DNA of 16,531 nucleotides from a virus: UHGV virus genome UHGV-1602447; one strand, 5' to 3'. Shown piece by piece: positions 12,965 to 16,531 of this stretch (position 1 is its first letter; each line of letters starts with the position of its first letter). The notes under the pieces were generated by a model. It saw only the letters and a program-made list of their open reading frames with translations, ran no database searches and was not told where the DNA came from. The position numbers and the translations under genes were made by a program.

Positions 12965-13672
12965 ATGGATTTGAACAAATTCGATGAGCCATTCAGCCCT
13001 GAAGATATCGAATGGCGAATACAGCAAAGCGGTAAAACACGCGATGGCAAGGTGTGGGCTATGGTGCTGGCTTATGTCACGAACCGGGCAATCATGAAAC
13101 GCCTTGACGATGTTTGTGGCAAAGCAGGATGGCGCAATGAATACCGCGATATTCCCAACAACGGCGGCGTTGAATGCGGCATATCAATAAAGATTGATTC
13201 CGAATGGGTAACCAAATGGGATGCTGCTGAAAACACGCAGGTAGAAGCCGTCAAAGGTGGTCGTTCCGGTGCAATGAAGCGCGCTGCCGTTCAGTGGGGA
13301 ATCGGTCGGTATCTGTATAACCTTGAGGAAGGTTTCGCACAAACATCTACCGATAAAAAGCAGGGGTGGCACAGGGCAAAACTGAAGGATGGAACAGGAT
13401 TTTACTGGCTCCCTCCATCGCTGCCGGGCTGGGCAATCCCAGCATCAGATAACAAACCATCACCAGAAAATACCAACCAGAAATCTCCATCGGTTGACTG
13501 CGAACAAATCCTGAAAGACTTCAGCGATTATGCGTCAACAGAAACTGACAAGAAAAAACTCATCGAGCGTTATCAGCGTGACTGGCAATTAATGGCTGGC
13601 AACGAGGAGGCGCAGGCTAAATGCGTTCAGGTAATGAACATCAGAGTTAACGAACTAAAACAGGCGGCATAA
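12965..13672 (+). CDS. single-strand annealing protein, Rad52/Sak-type recombinase
   Basis: ORF track 235 aa. Conserved core ...GKVWAMVLAYVTNRAIMKRLDDVCGKAGWRNEY...GGVECGISIK...GAMKRAAVQWGIGRYLYNL typical of Rad52-family phage annealases. RBS GAGGTGA. Immediately followed by ssb. Confidence 0.75.
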   Translation: MDLNKFDEPFSPEDIEWRIQQSGKTRDGKVWAMVLAYVTNRAIMKRLDDVCGKAGWRNEYRDIPNNGGVECGISIKIDSEWVTKWDAAENTQVEAVKGGRSGAMKRAAVQWGIGRYLYNLEEGFAQTSTDKKQGWHRAKLKDGTGFYWLPPSLPGWAIPASDNKPSPENTNQKSPSVDCEQILKDFSDYASTETDKKKLIERYQRDWQLMAGNEEAQAKCVQVMNIRVNELKQAA

Positions 13673-14146
13673 ATGGGAAGTAGAGGCGTAAATAAGGTGA
13701 TCATTATTGGTCGCCTTGGGCATGATCCAGAAATCAGATATTCACCATCAGGAACGGCATTTGCAAACCTTACAGTTGCTACGTCAGAACAATGGCGTGA
13801 TAAGCAAACTGGAGAGCAAAAGGAGCAGACGGAGTGGCACCGTGTGGTAATGAGCGGGAAACTGGCAGAAATTGCCAGCGAATATCTGCGAAAAGGCTCT
13901 GAGGTTTATCTTGAAGGCAAATTACGGACAAGAAAATGGCAGGATCAAAGCGGACAGGATAGGTTCACTACCGAAGTCATCGTGGGCGTTGGTGGAACCA
14001 TGCAAATGCTTGGTGGCAAGCAAGGAGGCAATGAACAGTCTTCACCTCAGCGAAATAATGGTCATCAACAAAGACAGCAACCTCAGCAGCATGGAAATCA
14101 CAGCGAACCACCTATGAACTTCGACGATTCGGATATTCCGTTCTAG
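13673..14146 (+). CDS. ssb: single-stranded DNA-binding protein SSB
   Basis: ORF track 157 aa with OB-fold N-terminus ([18 protein letters not shown]...), Gly/Gln-rich linker and acidic tail ending DDSDIPF. Confidence 0.9.
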   Translation: MGSRGVNKVIIIGRLGHDPEIRYSPSGTAFANLTVATSEQWRDKQTGEQKEQTEWHRVVMSGKLAEIASEYLRKGSEVYLEGKLRTRKWQDQSGQDRFTTEVIVGVGGTMQMLGGKQGGNEQSSPQRNNGHQQRQQPQQHGNHSEPPMNFDDSDIPF

Positions 14147-14155
14147 GAGCTGAAT

Positions 14156-14635
14156 ATGAAAATCTGCTCAAGATGCCATCAACAGAAGGAAGAAAGGGAC
14201 TTTCAAATCAGAAGAGCATCCAGAGATGGATTAACTGCCGCTTGCCGGGCTTGCCTGGCTGAATATGACAAAGAGCGCGCGGGATTGCCACATCGAGTAT
14301 CAGCAAGGAGAGAATATCAATCATCGGAACGCGGCAGAGAACGGTGTAACGCAGCCAAAAAGCGGTTCATTCAGAGCAACCCATGGAAAAGAAAAGCCCA
14401 CATCATCGTGGGTAATTTTTTGCGCGACGGTAAGCTAATCCGACCACCACAATGTGAGTGCTGCGGATCAGAATGTAAACCACAGGCGCACCACTGCGAC
14501 TACAGCAAACCAACCGATGTGATGTGGCTCTGCAAGTCATGTCATGTCGAGTGGCACAAACATAACAAACCTATCTACCCAGACGAGGAGCCAGTAACTC
14601 TCCCCTTCCCTCGTCACGCTATTCACGCAATTTAA
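14156..14635 (+). CDS. HNH-motif / zinc-finger nuclease-like protein
   Basis: ORF track 159 aa. CxxC pairs near the N-terminus and C-terminal QCECCGSE...AHHCDY...WLCKSCHVEWH resembling the HNH beta-beta-alpha-metal motif. RBS GGAG. Confidence 0.55.
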   Translation: MKICSRCHQQKEERDFQIRRASRDGLTAACRACLAEYDKERAGLPHRVSARREYQSSERGRERCNAAKKRFIQSNPWKRKAHIIVGNFLRDGKLIRPPQCECCGSECKPQAHHCDYSKPTDVMWLCKSCHVEWHKHNKPIYPDEEPVTLPFPRHAIHAI

Positions 14636-14648
14636 TCAGGAGAAAATC

Positions 14649-14945
14649 ATGCCAGCGCCTCTGTATGGTGCGGATGACGCGCGCCGCTGTTCCGGCAATT
14701 CCGTATCGGAGGTGCTGGATAAATTCAGAAAAAACTACGATCGAATAATGTCTCTACCGCAGGAAACGAAAGAGGAAAAGGAATTTCGCCACTGCATATG
14801 GCTTGCAGAGAAAGAAGAACGAGAGCGAATTTACCAGACATCAATCCGACCATTCCGCAAAGCCACATATACCCACTTCCCTGAATATATCGACCCGCGC
14901 CTGCGTAATTACCGCTCACGCTATGGCGCTATCAGTAATGACTGA
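14649..14945 (+). CDS. hypothetical protein (98 aa)
   Basis: ORF track 98 aa, same strand and tight spacing with neighbours. No family recognised. Confidence 0.5.
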   Translation: MPAPLYGADDARRCSGNSVSEVLDKFRKNYDRIMSLPQETKEEKEFRHCIWLAEKEERERIYQTSIRPFRKATYTHFPEYIDPRLRNYRSRYGAISND

Positions 14946-14955
14946 GGAATTTACC

Positions 14956-15120
14956 ATGAGAGGACTTGCATACAATCCCGGCATTCTTCCGGCAGAAATG
15001 ATTATTCGCCAGCGCGTAAAGCCAATGCCATCGAGAGAGGAATTGCTTAAGAGAAAGAGTTTCGGTTCTGTTAATGACAACAAATATCTGAATGCGATGT
15101 TGCGGAGTGGGAAGAAATGA
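14956..15120 (+). CDS. hypothetical small protein (54 aa)
   Basis: ORF track frame 14803-15120. Chosen start [15 protein letters not shown]... with RBS GAGGAAT. Stop overlaps next ORF start (ATGA). Confidence 0.4.
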   Translation: MRGLAYNPGILPAEMIIRQRVKPMPSREELLKRKSFGSVNDNKYLNAMLRSGKK

Positions 15121-15752
15121 AACAAATGACACTAATTGAGATGGATGGATTTCTGAAAGGTAAATGCATCCCACGAGATTTAAAGGTTAACGAAACAAAC
15201 GCTGAATATCTTGTCCGTAAGTTCGGTGAACTTGAATCAAAACTAGAAACGGCGTTGCGGGAGTGTCGTTCTGCTGGAATCACGATTGATAACCCTGATG
15301 CCAAGTGCGCGGCGCTGGCAGCGGAGAGTGCGGTGATGAAGGCGGGATATTCATATTTCTCATATGGCTCTGAGCATAATTTCGAATGGCACAAAACTGC
15401 TGAGGAAGCTATCGAATCGGCTGAGGCTGCAATTGACGACTATCGCGGTGATGCTTGCGATGGATGGAGCGAAGAGGTCGATAGTATTTGCTGGGGAATC
15501 ATCATGCAATCGTCAACGAAGGTTGGCGAACGACCACGCAACGAGGATGACTGTTGCGATCCTGCGATCGATACGATTTGCGATTATGCGCTTCTGCCTA
15601 ATATCGAAACCCCAGCCACCGATGCTTTTCTGGCTGAAGTACGGGCGCAGGGAGTTGAGATGATGCGCGAACATCCATCAATCAAACTTTGCTCCTTGAC
15701 GCACATATGTGACGAGTTAGCCGCCCAGCTTCGCAAAGGAGGCAACCAGTGA
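15117..15752 (+). CDS. hypothetical protein (211 aa, Cys-rich acidic)
   Basis: ORF track 211 aa. Stop overlaps start of the next ORF. No family recognised. Confidence 0.55.
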   Translation: MKQMTLIEMDGFLKGKCIPRDLKVNETNAEYLVRKFGELESKLETALRECRSAGITIDNPDAKCAALAAESAVMKAGYSYFSYGSEHNFEWHKTAEEAIESAEAAIDDYRGDACDGWSEEVDSICWGIIMQSSTKVGERPRNEDDCCDPAIDTICDYALLPNIETPATDAFLAEVRAQGVEMMREHPSIKLCSLTHICDELAAQLRKGGNQ

Positions 15753-16369
15753 GCAAGATTGACTATCAGGCACTGCGTGAAGCGGCAGAAAAAGCAACGT
15801 GTGGTGAGTGGTCGCTCGAATATGGAGAGGAGAGATTTGATGCTGGTGATGCACTAATTCATCGTGAAGTTGTTGGATATCTTCCCATTTGCAGAATTGA
15901 AGGAGCGCATCCTGAAGGCGGTTTCGATGAAGATTTCCAAATGGAACAGCAGGCCAATGCTGAATTCATCGCCGCAGCCAATCCGGCTACCGTCTTGGCG
16001 CTGCTGGATGAACGGGAAAGAAACCAGCAATACATCAAACGCCGCGACCAGGAGAACGAGGATATTGCGCTAACGGTAGGGAAGCTGCGTGTTGAGCTGG
16101 AAGCAGCAGAGAACAACCTTATTGATAGTGAATGCCATGTTGCTGAACTGGAAGAAGCGCTACGCGATAAGCAGGCGTTACTTGAAGCCTCAGAAAAGCG
16201 CATAGCAGAACTGGAAGCACGGGAGGTTGTACTGCCGCGTGCGCACGATGTTCACCCATTAGGGCCGCAGTCGGCGAAAATTTTTTGTGAGTTTCACCGG
16301 AGTATCGTGAACAGATGCGCCGATGAGATTCGCAAGGTTGGCGTCAAAGTCAGCATCAAGGGGAATTAG
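15749..16369 (+). CDS. Ead/Ea22-like coiled-coil protein
   Basis: ORF track 206 aa with a long predicted coiled-coil (ELEAAENNLIDSECHVAELEEALRDKQALLEASEKRIAELEARE) in the early-left region, as in lambda Ea22-family proteins. Family assignment from memory only. Confidence 0.45.
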   Translation: MSKIDYQALREAAEKATCGEWSLEYGEERFDAGDALIHREVVGYLPICRIEGAHPEGGFDEDFQMEQQANAEFIAAANPATVLALLDERERNQQYIKRRDQENEDIALTVGKLRVELEAAENNLIDSECHVAELEEALRDKQALLEASEKRIAELEAREVVLPRAHDVHPLGPQSAKIFCEFHRSIVNRCADEIRKVGVKVSIKGN

Positions 16370-16373
16370 GGAT

Positions 16374-16531
16374 ATGGCGTTAACACACAGCGAACTCTGT
16401 CAGATTGCGTACAAGTTCCTTAAGCGCAACGGGTTCAAGGTTTGTTTTCATGACCGCTTTATAGCTGTAACCAGTACCGGAGAACAGCCAGATGCTATGG
16501 GATTCAGAAATTCAGCATCATGCCTGATAGA
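16374..16531 (+). CDS. hypothetical protein, 5' part only (possible PD-(D/E)xK nuclease motif); runs off window end
   Basis: ATG 16374 with RBS-like AGGGA. Translation MALTHSELCQIAYKFLKRNGFKVCFHDRFIAVTSTGEQPDAMGFRNSASCLI... contains P-D...(S-C-L-I-E) spacing suggestive of a PD-(D/E)xK core. Open to the window end. Confidence 0.35.
   Translation, partial: MALTHSELCQIAYKFLKRNGFKVCFHDRFIAVTSTGEQPDAMGFRNSASCLI

Noticed and set aside
13072-16203. Assorted antisense or off-frame track ORFs within the annealase, ssb, HNH and downstream genes (e.g. 13072-13254, 13184-13372, 13872-14117, 14725-14919, 14916-15174, 15071-15394, 15364-15663, 15859-16203, 15864-16073)
   Set aside because: Each overlaps a longer same-strand-operon gene with RBS and recognisable features; none has independent signals.
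1-16531. Integrase, attL/attR, or host chromosomal flanks
   Set aside because: Nothing in the window looks like an integrase/excisionase or a host gene; both window ends fall inside phage genes, so prophage boundaries cannot be assessed here.

Overview
This window is the early/regulatory half of a lambdoid (lambda/P22-mosaic) temperate phage or prophage of an enterobacterium, not ordinary chromosome. It is built around a divergent immunity switch at about 8.9-9.0 kb. Leftward on the minus strand: cro, nutR, cII, a small basic ORF, an O-like initiator with an embedded iteron origin, a DnaB-type helicase, a tR2-like terminator, the nin region (NinB N-terminus/HNH endonuclease fusion, ninB, ninC, ninD, ninE, ninF, Rha/KilAC antirepressor, YbcO-like, rusA, ninH), a non-lambda Q antiterminator, a late promoter/terminator region, then lambda-type holin S and endolysin R (cut by the window start). 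Rightward on the plus strand: cI, an AT-rich two-gene moron in the rexAB position, terminator, OL/pL, nutL, N, a ral remnant, cIII-like and kil-like small genes, a Rad52-type annealase, SSB, an HNH/zinc-finger protein and several hypothetical genes. I see no rRNA, CRISPR array, integrase or att site. The three most notable points are: (1) the cI-linked moron encoding a ClpP/SDH-fold serine peptidase plus a translationally coupled 56-aa protein, which I do not recognise as a named system and which is the best candidate for an undescribed exclusion/defence module; (2) an HNH homing-endonuclease ORF fused in frame to the first 32 codons of lambda-type ninB, followed by a complete ninB with a different N-terminus; (3) an operator/promoter/nut architecture that can be read directly from the sequence. 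All homology statements come from reading the translations and from memory of reference phage proteins; no database search or alignment was run, and every coordinate for features shorter than the ORF track threshold was derived by hand.
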